A stretch of 64,000 bases of DNA from Eledone cirrhosa. Lineage: Eukaryota. The notes under the pieces are model-generated. The model was not told the DNA's origin. It worked only from the letters and a program-made list of their open reading frames with translations, and searched no databases. Shown here piece after piece: positions 49,470 through 61,946 of this stretch. Within the stretch, counting starts at the first letter, position 1, and each line of letters opens with the position of its first letter. A program made the position numbers and the translations under genes. The stretch covers positions 139,562,001-139,626,000 of the forward strand of contig OZ024742.1 in NCBI GenBank assembly GCA_964016885.1, given 5' to 3'.

Positions 49470-49759
49470 ATATATAAACCACTATCTGGTTGTGGAACCA
49501 ACCAACCAACCAGAAATATATAAATTTATAAATTTATTATAAATTTATTATAATAAATTGAAGTGAAAGCAACTGGTGCGTCTGTTTCTTATTGGCAACA
49601 TGACCCTCCCAAAGTATAACAATATCGGTTTCAACACACGATTTCAGATAAAGAATCTTGCTAAACAAATTCAGAAACGATATATACATATATATATACA
49701 TATATACATACATACATATATGTACATACATATATATACATATATATATATATATGAAA

Positions 49760-50340
49760 TGTTTATATAGTGTGGCAGAGAGTTACGTGTAGTAGAAGCA
49801 CTTAAGTAGGTAAACAAGAGTGTTAGTGCTTCTACTACACGTAACTCTCTGCCACACTATATAAACAAGACGCACGTGCTTGCCACACATATAACATTTG
49901 CACTATATAACCGCTTATTTTCATGTTGTATTTTAACCTGTATTTTTGATTGTATCTTTTAATATGAATGTAATGTCTAAGTGTGTGCTGCCACTCTAAA
50001 TGCTGTAATGAATGTTGACCCAGAATATTTGCATATGTATCTGTATGTCTCTTGGGTGAAAAGGAGGTCATATAAGTGTTCATTCATTAATAAATTGCTC
50101 CGAAGAATCCAAACCTCGGTTTGGAGGAAACAGTTGTAAGCATAAAAATGTTTTGAACAGTTCTTTGATTCTTATATTTCATATAACTGCTCTGTAAATC
50201 ATCTGATGTTTTTACATTGAGCTACTTAACTTACTGGTAATAAGGTAGTAATAAATTACTGCCTACCACTATTTAGGGTTTGTATAAAAATATATATAAC
50301 TGCAAAAAGTTTTTGTATTTACATAACCATAAATAGTATA
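49760..50340 (+). mobile_element. Element with a 5' hairpin (43-bp arms, 49760-49867) and a degenerate hammerhead at 50096-50142
   Basis: tgtttatatagtgtggcagagagttacgtgtagtagaagcact and its inverse; UGCU-CCGAAGA-A[UCCAAACC uc GGUUUGGA]G-GAAA-CAGUUG-UA^AGCA. Confidence 0.62.
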
Positions 50341-50363
50341 ATTAATACTATATATATATATAT

Positions 50364-52326
50364 TCGGAAATAGTTGCTGAGATGCTGAAGGCATCTGGCA
50401 CGGTGGGACACACCATGGTCACCCGCATAGTTAACCAAGTCGTACAGAATGGGGTTGTTCCGAAGGACTGGCATAGCAGCATCATCGTTAACTGTTATAA
50501 GGGTAAAGGAGACGCCCTAGATAGGAGTAACTATAGAGGCATTAAATTAATCGACCAGGTCATGAAGGTCACAGAAAAAGTAATAGCGCAACTAATCAGA
50601 GAGAGAATTGACCTAGATGAAATGCAGTTCGGGTTTGTGTCAGGCAAAAGTACCACAGACGCTCTTTTCATAGTACGACAACTACAGGAGAAGTACCTAG
50701 CTAAAGGTAAACCCCTCTACTTAGCTTTTGTCGACTTGGAGAAAGCCTTCGACAGAGTCCCCCGCTCCATTATCTGGTGGGCTCTTAGAAAACTAGGCGT
50801 TGACGAATGGCTTGTGAGGGCTATACAAGCCATGTATAAAGAAACAGTCAGCAAGGTTAGAATTAACAACGAATATAGTGAAGAGTTTAGCGTAAAAGTT
50901 GGCGTCCATCAGGGCTCTGTTCTCAGCCCCCTACTATTTATTATTGCCCTTCAGGCTATAACAGAGGAGTTCAAGACAGGCTGCCCATGGGAACTCCTAT
51001 ACGCAGACGACCTGACACTCATAGCGGAATCAATGGGCGAGCTAGAGAAGAAATTCCAAACATGGAAGCACGGCCTAGAGTCAAAAGGACTTAAAATTAA
51101 CCTGGCTAAGACCAAAGTTCTAGTTTGTAGGAAAGAAAACAAGGCGGCGGTCCCTTCTGGGAAATGGTCGTGCTCGGTGTGTAGGAAAGGCGTAGGTAGA
51201 AACTCCATTTTGTGTCCTAAATGCAAAGTATGGGTGCATAAAAGATGTAGTGGGATCACAGGTAAGCTAACTAAGAACATAGATTTTACATGTGGCCGGT
51301 GTTCTGGTGCAATAAGTAGCAGCAAGTGCCCACACAATACTAGCTCTTTCAATTGCGCAGAGGGTTCTATAGAAATAGTGGACAGCTTCCGTTACCTGGG
51401 CGATAAAATCAGCAGTGGGGGAGGGTGCTCTGAAAGTACTGTAGCTAGAGTCAGAACTGGTTGGAAAAAGTTCAGAGAGCTTATACCACTATTAGCTGCT
51501 AAAGGGTTCTCCCTAAAAATGAAAGGCAGGTTGTACGATGCCTGCATACGAACAGCAATGTTGCATGGCAGTGAGACCTGGGCATTGTGTGCAGAGGATA
51601 TACGCAGACTAGAGAGGAACGAAGCTTGCATGCTCCGCTGGATGTGTAACAGTAATATAAGTGAACGACAAAGCATAAACGAACTAAGGAAAAAATTAGA
51701 GATAAGAGGGATCAGATGTTGTTTACTCGAGCGAAGGCTACGTTGGTATGGACACGTGATGCGCATGAAAGTCGATAGCTGTATAACAAAGTGCAGGGCA
51801 ATAAAGATAGACGGTAGCCACGGAATAGGCAGACCTAGAAAAACCTGGGACGAGCTGATAAACTCCGACCTCACACACTTACACCTCTCCAAGACAATGT
51901 CACTGGACCGAGACCTTTGGCGGTACTCAGTAACAGAGAAGACCCGCCTTGCCAGTAGGCATCTCTAACAAAATACACCCCGTCCCACCACCACCACCCC
52001 CACCCCATCCACACCACCCCGTCCTATGTAAAGTTATGTTGGTGCCGCGCCATCCAGGCCGAAACAAATGAGATCGTGTAGGTGTCACGACAAAAAAACA
52101 CACAGTCCACGCTGTAATGTGGCCGTGTAGGCAACACGGTAAAAACCTCCCAGACCCACACTGTAAATGTGGTTGGTGTTAGGAAGGGCATCCAACTGTA
52201 GAAAACCTGCCAGACAGTCCTATGCGAGCAAGACAATCACTCTTGCCTCAAGTGGGACTACCCCCGTCCAAACCCATGCAAGCGTGGAACACGGACGTTA
52301 AACGTTGATGATGATGATGATGATGA

Positions 52327-52329
<3 letters not shown>
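50364..52329 (+). mobile_element. RTE LINE (family A), 5'-truncated, uninterrupted ORF (young copy)
   Basis: 528-aa ORF nearly identical to 31938-33935; a 28-nt deletion removes the native stop; (TA)n on both sides. Confidence 0.96.
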
Positions 52330-52379
<50 letters not shown>

Positions 52380-52825
52380 TGCATGTGTGTGTGTGTGTAA
52401 TGTGTGCGTGAATGTGTCTATAACGAATAGGTATAAGCATTTAAACAAACAAGTAAAAAATCAAAGAAAAATATTTAGAAATTATATGTACATTCTCGCC
52501 ACTCATGCACACATACACACACGTTTTCAGGCACATATCTGTACAATGTATATAACTATAACTATATCATATACATACAGTGAGTGCGTGGGTTGAATAA
52601 CAAAAAAAAAATCTTGCTTAAAAAAACACATGACATCATGAGGCCTACATAAATCTCACCCATTTTTCGGTAGGGAATATTTTGGGAAAGTAACCTTTAA
52701 ATACTTCTGTTTTATGAAATATGATATACATTAATTTCCAGGGGAGATATTTTAAATGAATATCTGTAATAAGTAATAAAAATTTGGCTTTCTGACCAAA
52801 GGTTTAGAAGCTGTGTACACTTAAA

Positions 52826-55800
52826 ATAATAATAATGAAATTATTGTGTACAGTGCTCAGGTGCACTACAACTCATCAAAGGTGCATGTATAGTACATAG
52901 AATAATGTACAAATGTCAGGAAAATGAACAGTGTATGAGTCATGATATAATAATAATAACAATAATGAAATATTGTGTACAGTGCTCAGGTGCACCACAA
53001 CTCATCAAAAAAGTCACATGTACAGTACATAGGGCAATGCACAAACATCAGTAAAATGAACAGTGCACGAGTCATGATACACACATGTGTGCATGTGTAT
53101 GGAAGGGGTACATCAGGTGTAGTTTTGGCGTATTTCGGGAAGCATGAGTGTCTTAAAGGATGCAGTGTCTCGGCAGCTAACAACTGATGCAGGCAGTTTG
53201 TTCCATGCTTCAGCAACTCTGAGCGTGAAAAAATGTCTACGAAAGTCATGGGAGCTGTGCTGTTTTCTGATCTTGTAGGCATGTCCACGTGTGTTAGACA
53301 CATGGAGATCAAAGAGGCGCTCAGGGTTGCAATTGGCGAGATGGTTAAAAACTTTGTGGGTATTCACCAAGTCCATTGCCAGACGTCGGAGCTTCAATGA
53401 ATCCATGCCCAGGGAAGCAAGGCGTTCAGAGTATGGTAGGTGTCTGATGGAGAGTATGCGCTTGGTTGCACGTCTCTGAACAGTTTCCAGGAGGTCAACG
53501 TTCTGAGCAAGATAGGGTTCCAGACTGATGATGCGAATTCCAAGTGTGGTCGTACCATAGCTGTATACAGTTTTAAATAGATGGCTGGAGAGTGGCTAAC
53601 AAAGGTCTTGCTGAGTGATGCCAAGACACCCTCGGCCTTCTTGACAATCTTAGAGACATGCTTTGTCCAACGCAAATCGTTGCTGACAGTAATGCCCAGG
53701 TCACGTTCACAAGAGGACTTTTTGATATCAGTGTTGTGGAGGGAGTATGTGGACGCTGGATTTTTCCTTCCAAAATGCATGGTGGTACACTTGTCCACAG
53801 CCAGCTTCAGTTGCCAGTCTGTGATCCATTGCTGCATTGTGTCCAGGTCTGATTGTAGGAAAGAGTTGTAAATTTCAGGATCAGTCCTTTTGATTTCAAG
53901 GTACAGCTTGATGTCATCTGCATATTTCAGTACTGTGGCATTCTGTAAGTTGGCATCTATGTCATTAATATATGCCACAAACAAAAGAGGACCAAGAACA
54001 GATCCCTGTGGTACACCAGATGACATCTCATATGGTGAAGAATGCTGTCCTAGAACCGTGACTACTTCTTTTCGGCTGAGAATGAAGGATTTCAACCAGT
54101 CGAAAAGATCATCCCTCACACCCATTGCAGAGAGTTTTGCCATAAGTCTTTTGTGTGGCACAGAATTAAAAGCCTTAGCAAAGTCAAGGTAAACAACATC
54201 CACCCATGAGCCGCTGTCAGTGATCCAGGTGATGTCCTCAAGGAACTCGATAAGCTGATCACAGCAGCTGGAGTTAGGGATATATCCAAACTGTGAGGGC
54301 CGGATGAGGCTGTGAGAGCTCCAGAAGTTCCAAAGTGTTTCTCTGACACAGGATTCCATCAGTTTGGCCATACAGCTAGTAAGACTGACTGGACGATAGT
54401 TGACAGGTGACATGCGGTTGCCCTTTTTGAACAGGGGAATCACACTGGCAGTTTTCCACTGCTCCGGAGTAGCACCATTGTTGAGACAGTATTGAAAGAA
54501 GAAAGAAAGCTGGTGCAAAAGGAAATACCCGCCATGTTTGAGAAGCAGGTATGTCACACCATCAAGACCAGGGGAGGCATAGTTGCGCTTATTCTTAAGG
54601 TGACGTCGCAACATTGCAGGTGTAAATTCCATAGTTGTTATGGAATTTGATGTTAGAGATGGTGGAGATGGTACATTCTGGTTTTCAACAGTAAAAATAC
54701 TTGCATAGCACTCAGCAATGAGTTCTGCGCATTCCTTGGGATCGTCAGTGATTTGACTTGTGTGGGGATTGCGAAGAGGACCAACTGGAGAGTGAGGTCT
54801 CTGCTTTGAAAGAACATATTTCCAGAACACCTTACTGTCAGGATTGGTTGCGATGGACTGTTCAAATTCAAGCACTGCCTTCTTTGTCACTTGCGTGAGA
54901 TGGTTAGAAGATTTATTCCGCTTTTTTCTGTTGGCATCTGATTTATGCAGTTTATATTCCCGTTCAGCGTTCCGACGTTCTTTCCTGACAAGTCGGACCG
55001 CTGAAGTTTCCCAAATTGCACTTTTGGGGTGGTTATTTTTCCGCTTCTGTGGCACTGATGCTGCACACGCTATCCATATTGAGTCCAGGATGCTCTGGAG
55101 TATAGTGTTCACATCTCCAGAGTTATACATCTCATGCCAGTTTGGGTGCTGTAGCTCAGTGCAGTACAAGTTCCAATCCGCCCTCTTCCAATCAAAGCAA
55201 GCAGATTGGAGATGGCTCTGGTTTTTGTTGCTGCCCTCAAGTGCCAGATTGGCAATGATCATAGCATGATCAGAGTTGCCTAGAGGTTCCTCAGTAGTAC
55301 AACTGATAACCACTTCAGGAGTAGTGGTGAAGATCAGGTCCAAAGTGTTGTCACCTCTTGTTGGAGAGGTGACTACTTGTGATCAGTTTGAGTCCAGCAC
55401 TAGTTCACGGAAATCGTTTGCACCTTGTGGCCAACGAAAGGTTTCCCAATCGATCTCAGGATGATTGAAGTCACCTGCAGTAAACACATAAGTGGCTGTT
55501 TTCTTGGCAGCAACTCTGAGGATATCGCAAAGCTGTGTGTCCTGATGGTAGTTTGGGGGGCGATAAACAACACCAAGCAGAAGTGTTGACATGGTCATAC
55601 GTATGTCACAGAAAAAAACTTCTTCCTGTGATTCGTTCAAATCAACGCAAGGAATTACCGAAAAGTTTGAACGAACGTAGACCATCACACCACCACCACG
55701 GCGGTTAATGCGGTCCTTGCAGAAAAGGTTGTACCCAGTAATGCTGAAAACCCCATCACAGAGTAAGGAATGTGCCCATGTTTCCGTGACTGTGATGAAG

Positions 55801-57190
55801 TCAGGGTCGATGCTTCTGACGTAGGATTCAAACAGATGTATCTTGTTGCATAAACTGCGAGCATTTAAGGACAACAATTTGTATCCTGCTCGCAGTTTAT
55901 GATGGTGTGTAGAGGGTGGCAGGTTGTTCTGGTTTAGTTTCCCAGAGTTGTAGCAGTTTTTACATTGCCAGTTATTGTGGGTAGATCACACTCAGACCAG
56001 CTGGTATCTCTCTTCCACGTTTCACCAGCCTTGACAAACCTCCAGATCTGCCCTTCATCACGCAGACTAAAACTTTCATCTTGTGCTGAGTTCCGATTCA
56101 AGGAAGCTGCAGCACGTAGCTTTGGACGTACATGGGGTGGTAGGCCTGGGCGTGTTCGGAAGGTAATCCGATTTTCACGCCCAGCTTTAGCAGAGGCCAG
56201 ATGATATGAGGTTGCCTCTGCGGGGTCCGAAAAAGACAGCCTGATGAGTCTGGGTTTTGGACCAGGTCGACCAAGGCGGAGAGCACCCTTTGGGGGAACA
56301 CAGCCTAGGTCTTTGGCTGAGCTAGCAGCAAATGCCTGAAGATCAGCCTTGTCCTCTGGTACCCCAATGGCAATCACTTCATGGGTAGCAGATTCCGCAG
56401 TCTTTTCAGTCTTTTCAGCAAGAGGTACAGGGAGATTGTGGGGTCCTACCCGAATGCTTGCCTTTATTCCTGTAACTTCCCTTCTCAGAGCAGAAATCAT
56501 TAGTTGCAATTCCGCAAAATCTGTACTGGTCGGTTGTTGTTGTTGTTGTTGTTGGTGATGATGATGTTCCTCCACGGGAATGGCAGGGGAAGACACAGTC
56601 GCAGGTTGTTGCTGTTGTTGTTGTTGTTGTTGGTGATGATGATGTTGCTCCACGGGAATGGTAGGGGAAGACACAGTCACCAGTTGTTGGTGTCGAGATG
56701 TACTGGGAGCGGAAGACATGGGTTGTTGTTGTTTCTGATGTTCTCCCACAGGAACAGCAGTAGAAGCCAGTGTCATAGGTTTTTGCCGTTGTTCAGTAAC
56801 AATGGTAGAGGAAGACACAGTCATTGGTTTTTGTTGTTGTTGTTGTTGTTGTTTTTCAATAACATTAGTTGAGGCAGGCACACAGGCCAGACACTGAAAG
56901 GACTAGGATTTTAGCTGGACCATCTCCAATATTCCATCCATCATAGCATTATGATGTTTCTTTTTTTGGCCTGGGATCCTCCGGAAGCCTGTGGCGCATT
57001 GAAGGCAGACAGAGATGAGACAGGTTCCACATTCGACCCAGCGATTACGGAACGAGTTTTCGGGTTCCGCACAGATATGGCAGATGTGGTTTTCTGGGCA
57101 ATGTTCTATTTTGGGACATCAACCGGTTTTGTCGCATATTTCATCGATGGATATCACCATGGCAATTTTGTTATTTCTACCCATCCGTAG
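52826..57190 (-). mobile_element. CR1-clade LINE, near full length (ORF1 ~55934-57030; ORF2 53113-55877 with two frameshifts)
   Basis: LSLNARSL, VTETW, GGGV, VYRPP, GDFNHP, LDL, SDH; RT SQFG, VYLDFAKAF, SGVPQGSVLGPLLF, YADD, ERDLG; CR1 C-terminus TRGH..FFTLRVAEAWNKLP; (TTA)n tail. 5' end approximate. Confidence 0.92.
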
Positions 57191-60100
57191 AAAAACACAG
57201 AATGTAAACAATATAAGTTTAGCGCACTTGATTACGATAGAAATAAAATGTGTTTTTTTGTGTATTTTGTTTCCGTTTTCCTAAATGTTGTGTGTGTACA
57301 GAAGAGTCTGTGCATGTAAACAAATAAATATGCTGCGTAAGTTAAATGAAACGTACTGTAGAAGGCAGTTGTTTATTAACAGCGAAATAACGGTTTTTTT
57401 TCCTGATACTGCTTCTTTATAATAAACTTTCAATAATATTTTTTTCAAATTATTAACTTTCAGCTGCTAGTATATATATATAATTAAAAGGTGTATGTGG
57501 GTTAGAAGCGAAGTCAATGTTAAGAAATATTTTACCAATGTAAATTGGTAAAATTGGCTGGTATAGTGTCTCACACGAAATAGTGTGGTTTCTTTTCACG
57601 TGTGTGTATATGCATATGGTATGTATCTGTATATAAATCTGTGTTATATTGTTGTTTATATGTTTTGTGGAGTACTTACTGCGATCCTTAAGGAATGTAG
57701 TGATTTGTTTTGTTTTTTTCCTTTTTCCCCGTCCATGCCCACACGTGGTTTGTTGGCGAAAATCAAGTCAAATTATATATACTTCGTTAAGATAATTCTA
57801 TCTTGAAACTGGTACTAGTTGTCAGGGAACAGTCAAAGTAATTGTAATAATGAATATTGTAATCCATCTGACATGTGTTTAAAGGGCAGTTTTTGGTGAA
57901 AATATTATATTTTGTTTGGACAAGACGTGGTCAAGCGACCTTCCTTGTCGCCATTAAGGCTTTGTGCAGGTATGTGCAAGCTTGTCATAGTTCCAATTGA
58001 GGTGTAAATTATCAATGCTCGGAGTTGAAATATGCCCAAACAGGATTTGAAATGAGGACATCGAACTGCTTACTAAGTATTGTACTAATCAGTGCGAAAT
58101 ATGTATTTGGCTATATAAATGTAAATGAAAGGCACATGATGTAATTACAAATACAAGAATCAAAATTTTCCCCATCTTACCTCTCTTCTGTTCTGAGCAG
58201 CCAGTATTACCATCCCTGTCATAATTCTCTATTGCACAAGCTGCACAGTGGACTGGCATCATGAAGCACAGTTCGTCTTCATAAACTACAAAAGCACTGA
58301 TGAGCTTGGCGATTGTAGCTTGTTGAGTGTAGCTTGGAGAATAATACCCTTTAATACATTTCTAATATTCGTCTGCTTGTCATTATATAAGCTTGAACAA
58401 TTTAACAACTTTGACTACGGAAAGGAAGCTAAGACTTAATTGTCCAGTGGAATAAGAGAAAAGACAAAACATCAACTTATAGCAATTAAGCTATGACAAG
58501 TATGCATAGAAATTTATGAAGTCAGGGAGAAAGTGTTATGATTTTTATAGTACAAAAATCTCATGAAGGAAAAGAAAAGAAGAAAAAGGAAAAGGAAGAA
58601 AATTAGGCAAGAAAGTAAGATATCAGGTTAGAAAATGTAAGCCATTGAAATTTATGGTGGGAGAAGAGATAACACATTCGTCCCAGATTAGTAATAATAA
58701 ACTTAGGAGAATTAACAAAAAGAGGACAAGACATCTAATGAAAACGCACACACACGCACACATATATATATATACCTGCATACGTACAGACATTAAACTA
58801 GGCAATACATACATCAGAGTTTGTATATTTTATTTTATAGTTAATCTTTGTGAAGTGTAAATCTGAGGTTCTCATTGCCAATAATTTAAACAATTGAAGC
58901 GAAAATAAATACTCAGAAATATTCATATGTACATCGAAATATAATCATTTTCTAAACCATAGTTAACATAATCTTTAATAGAAAATGCATTAAGCTGAGT
59001 TACATTTGCACTAAAACTTTACTGCTTCCATGCGAATTATAAACAAGGAAACCTGACAGTACAAAACCACAAATATTTTTGTCTCTATGCAATTGCAATA
59101 ACCTTTATATACACCTTCTTGATGGTACGTATTTTTCTAAAGCATCGGTGTATAAAAATATGATATATTGAATAGTTGAAAAGTTCAGGTGATATTGAAA
59201 GCATTCTCACCTATAGTTAATACATTGAAGGGTCGATATTAGCACTATTTACATGTAAATTCAGGTCAAGAGAAATGGAAAATTCCTTTTCTCTGAGTAA
59301 TGTTCTAAATAAAAGTCGAGTCATTATATCTTCTATAAATTGCAACCAAAATGTCCCTGAAATTACGCTGCTGTCTTAAAAAAGACACATTGCATAATAC
59401 ATTTTAGGTCTCTCTTAATAAGATGGGATATTCCTGTTTGTCATTAATCACATTTTTGCTCAGTCTGAGTTTGTCTTGAGTCTATACAACAAAAACGTAG
59501 TGGAAAAATAACCACGTAGGATGGGTTAGTATTCATCTGGCTTATCTCCTAGAAGTTCTATTGACATACACTGCAATCATCACTGGCTGCTGGGTTATCT
59601 GTCCTGAGATCTATAGTGAACATGGCAATTAAACATTATATTTTTGGACTGCATATATAAGTTCATATATCAAAGTTTTTCTAGTTGTGAAAAGCATTCT
59701 ATTTTATATCTAAAAAAATATATAAAATTGTTAAAAAGTATAACACCTTCCGTGGGAAACAGGGAAAATTTATCAATGTTTCTAGCATAAGTTCATTATC
59801 AAGATAGCAGAGACTACAATTAAAAGGGGAAAACGTTTTACATGTGTTATTTCAAATTGCTATTGTTGTTGTTTAGCTCCAGGTCATCTCTGATTATGAA
59901 ACCTTATTATCAATGTCATTCTAACCGTGATCATACTGACATTTATTGATGTGCAGGTAATGCAAGACCACATTATCTAATGTGCTTTATTTTCTGAGAA
60001 AGTTGATTGTAATTTGTAAGATTTTGTCACTATTTCTACCCGGTTGAGGAACCACGTACACGCTTCCACGTTGGTTTGTCATGGGGGTCAAAAATACCAG

Positions 60101-60263
60101 AAGTGGGTATAGAGAGTATATCCTAAGGAATGATTTAATAGTTCCCAAGTCAAGAGTTATTTCATACTGTTCCAAGCAATGTGGTTAAATCACCTGTGAC
60201 CTATTCATTATTCTCTCATAATACAGAAACTGACAAAAGTTAATGAAATATTAATATACGAAC

Positions 60264-60388
60264 CATCATATGCTTTAAGGTATGAGTTCTCACAGCCATC
60301 AGTTGGACCGAATGATGAAACAATAATAGAAACTTTAATCACGTGATCATTATCCAGAGTTTCAATTAACCAATTGCATGACATAGAT
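60264..60388 (-). CDS. CUB-A part 2 exon
   Basis: Acceptor tttttttcag, donor gttcgt; 125 nt, phase 2 to 1. SMSCNWLIETLDNDHVIKVSIIVSSFGPTDGCENSYLKAYD(G), with the CxW and YDG motifs. Confidence 0.88.
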
Positions 60389-60439
60389 CTGAAAAAAATT
60401 GATTCATTAGTATATACGATCAAGGCTTATGGTTTCTTT

Positions 60440-60800
60440 ACTTACCAACTCTGTATTTCTAGTAATTGTGATAGGTTGTTCAATAAATCAACTAAAGCAC
60501 ATTGTCATCTTAGATGGTGCTATGTTTCTGACCCCTTCTATTACCTCGATTTGGTTAGTTGGAACACATCACACAACACCCAAGAGAGAGACATGCTAAT
60601 CAGGTCCTGTATTGGTATCCTGATGGAATGAAGCGAAGATGATGTCCCAAGATGAAATGGACAGAGGCAATCAATAGAGACCTGAAACCCGTCAAACAAA
60701 AATTGAATGCTGTATTGATAGATGCGACTGACTGTGAGCATTATAGCACTTTGGCTGCCTCATGCATCTCAAGATACGGGAGCTTCCAAGTCTAAGTAAT
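60440..60800 (+). mobile_element. Old RTE-like 3' end with (AAGTCT)n tail
   Basis: Translates to EHITQHPRERHANQVLYWYPDG..PKMKWTEAINRDL; tail shared with 20144-20210. Confidence 0.6.
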
Positions 60801-61032
60801 TACAACTACTACCAATCTACTTCATCCTTGCTACAACCATTAATACACCATTTCACCATATTAAACTTCCAGAAAACATTACAACTTCACTTAACAACAC
60901 TTAATCATGTCTGTGTGATTATGAAGTTCGATCCCACCATCGGTTATTTTAAGCAAGTTTCTTTTCTGATAAAGACATAAATATATATAGTCTTCAAATT
61001 TATTATTATTACTATATATATATATATATATA

Positions 61033-61221
61033 AGGGCGGTGGATTGGCAGTATCAGTAGAGGGTCGGACGCCATGCTTTCCAGCATAGTTACGTCCCTTT
61101 ACGATCTGAGTTCAAATCCCGCCGAGGTTGACTTTGCCTTTCATCCTTACGGGGTCAATAAAATAAAGTACCAGTAATGCACTGGGTAATTGCTGGCCTT
61201 CTGCCTAAAGTAGAGACAATT
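61033..61221 (+). mobile_element. SINE family 1, full length
   Basis: gggcggtggattggcagtatc...gagttcaaatcccgccgagg...gtagagacaatt; TSD attactatatatata. Confidence 0.92.
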
Positions 61222-61247
61222 ACTATATATATACTATATATATATAT

Positions 61248-61530
61248 ATAATGTGAAAGTGATATATGCAAAAGAGACAATAAGATGAAGGTAATGAAAA
61301 AGTCAGTTACTTAGTGATCTTTGTTTTGTTTTTGTTGTTGTTTCTTTCGTCCTATTATTTCGGGACTTCAAATTCCCTTCTTCAGAGTATAAGAAACTCT
61401 CAGAGAAAAATGTTCCAGTTTCTTCTATTTGGAATTAGATTTAGATAACTAACATTTTCATTAACTACATCTTACCATCCATTTTGGATTGTTCAGCCTT
61501 GTTACATATATCACTTTCCACATTATATAT
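61248..61530. mobile_element. Foldback element with a degenerate minus-strand hammerhead core (61351-61388)
   Basis: Ends ataatgtgaaagtgatatatg and catatatcactttccacattat; minus strand reads CUGAAGA-A[GGGA..UCCC]-GAAA-UAA-UA. Confidence 0.55.
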
Positions 61531-61946
61531 TGTATACAACGCTTCAAGCAAACTATAACATTTTATTATATATATATATATATACATGTGTGTGTGTGTG
61601 TCTATGCATGAATAAATAATAATAATGGTAGTATTATAATAATATTATTAATATTCGGTTCGTTTGCAAACAAACGGCTTTATAACATCATGTGTGTTTT
61701 TTCCGATGACCGACATCATCCTTTTGTTCCAGTATTAGCTGAGAGAAAATAGTCGACAATTGTTTCGGAGTTATTGCCCCTTATCAAGACTTTGTTTCTC
61801 TCATCACTGCTACCTGTTAGAAACTGCTCAGAATACATAATATTCTCAAAGGTATAAACAGATGCTCTATAGCCTAGAATGATTAACTTTCCTATCCGTT
61901 TTGGAAAATGTTGGATAGAATTTCCAGTAGAAGCTGTATATACTAC

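Larger units (their letters stand above)
49109..49625. mobile_element. ~515-bp near-perfect palindrome with a hammerhead motif in each arm
   Basis: atattgttatactttgggagggtcatg...catgaccctcccaaagtataacaatat; centre ~49350-49362. Confidence 0.9.

Noticed and set aside
58181-58320. Candidate extra minus-strand exon ending at a good gtaaga donor
   Set aside because: The translation is not CUB-like, and the flanking exons already join in frame into a complete CUB.
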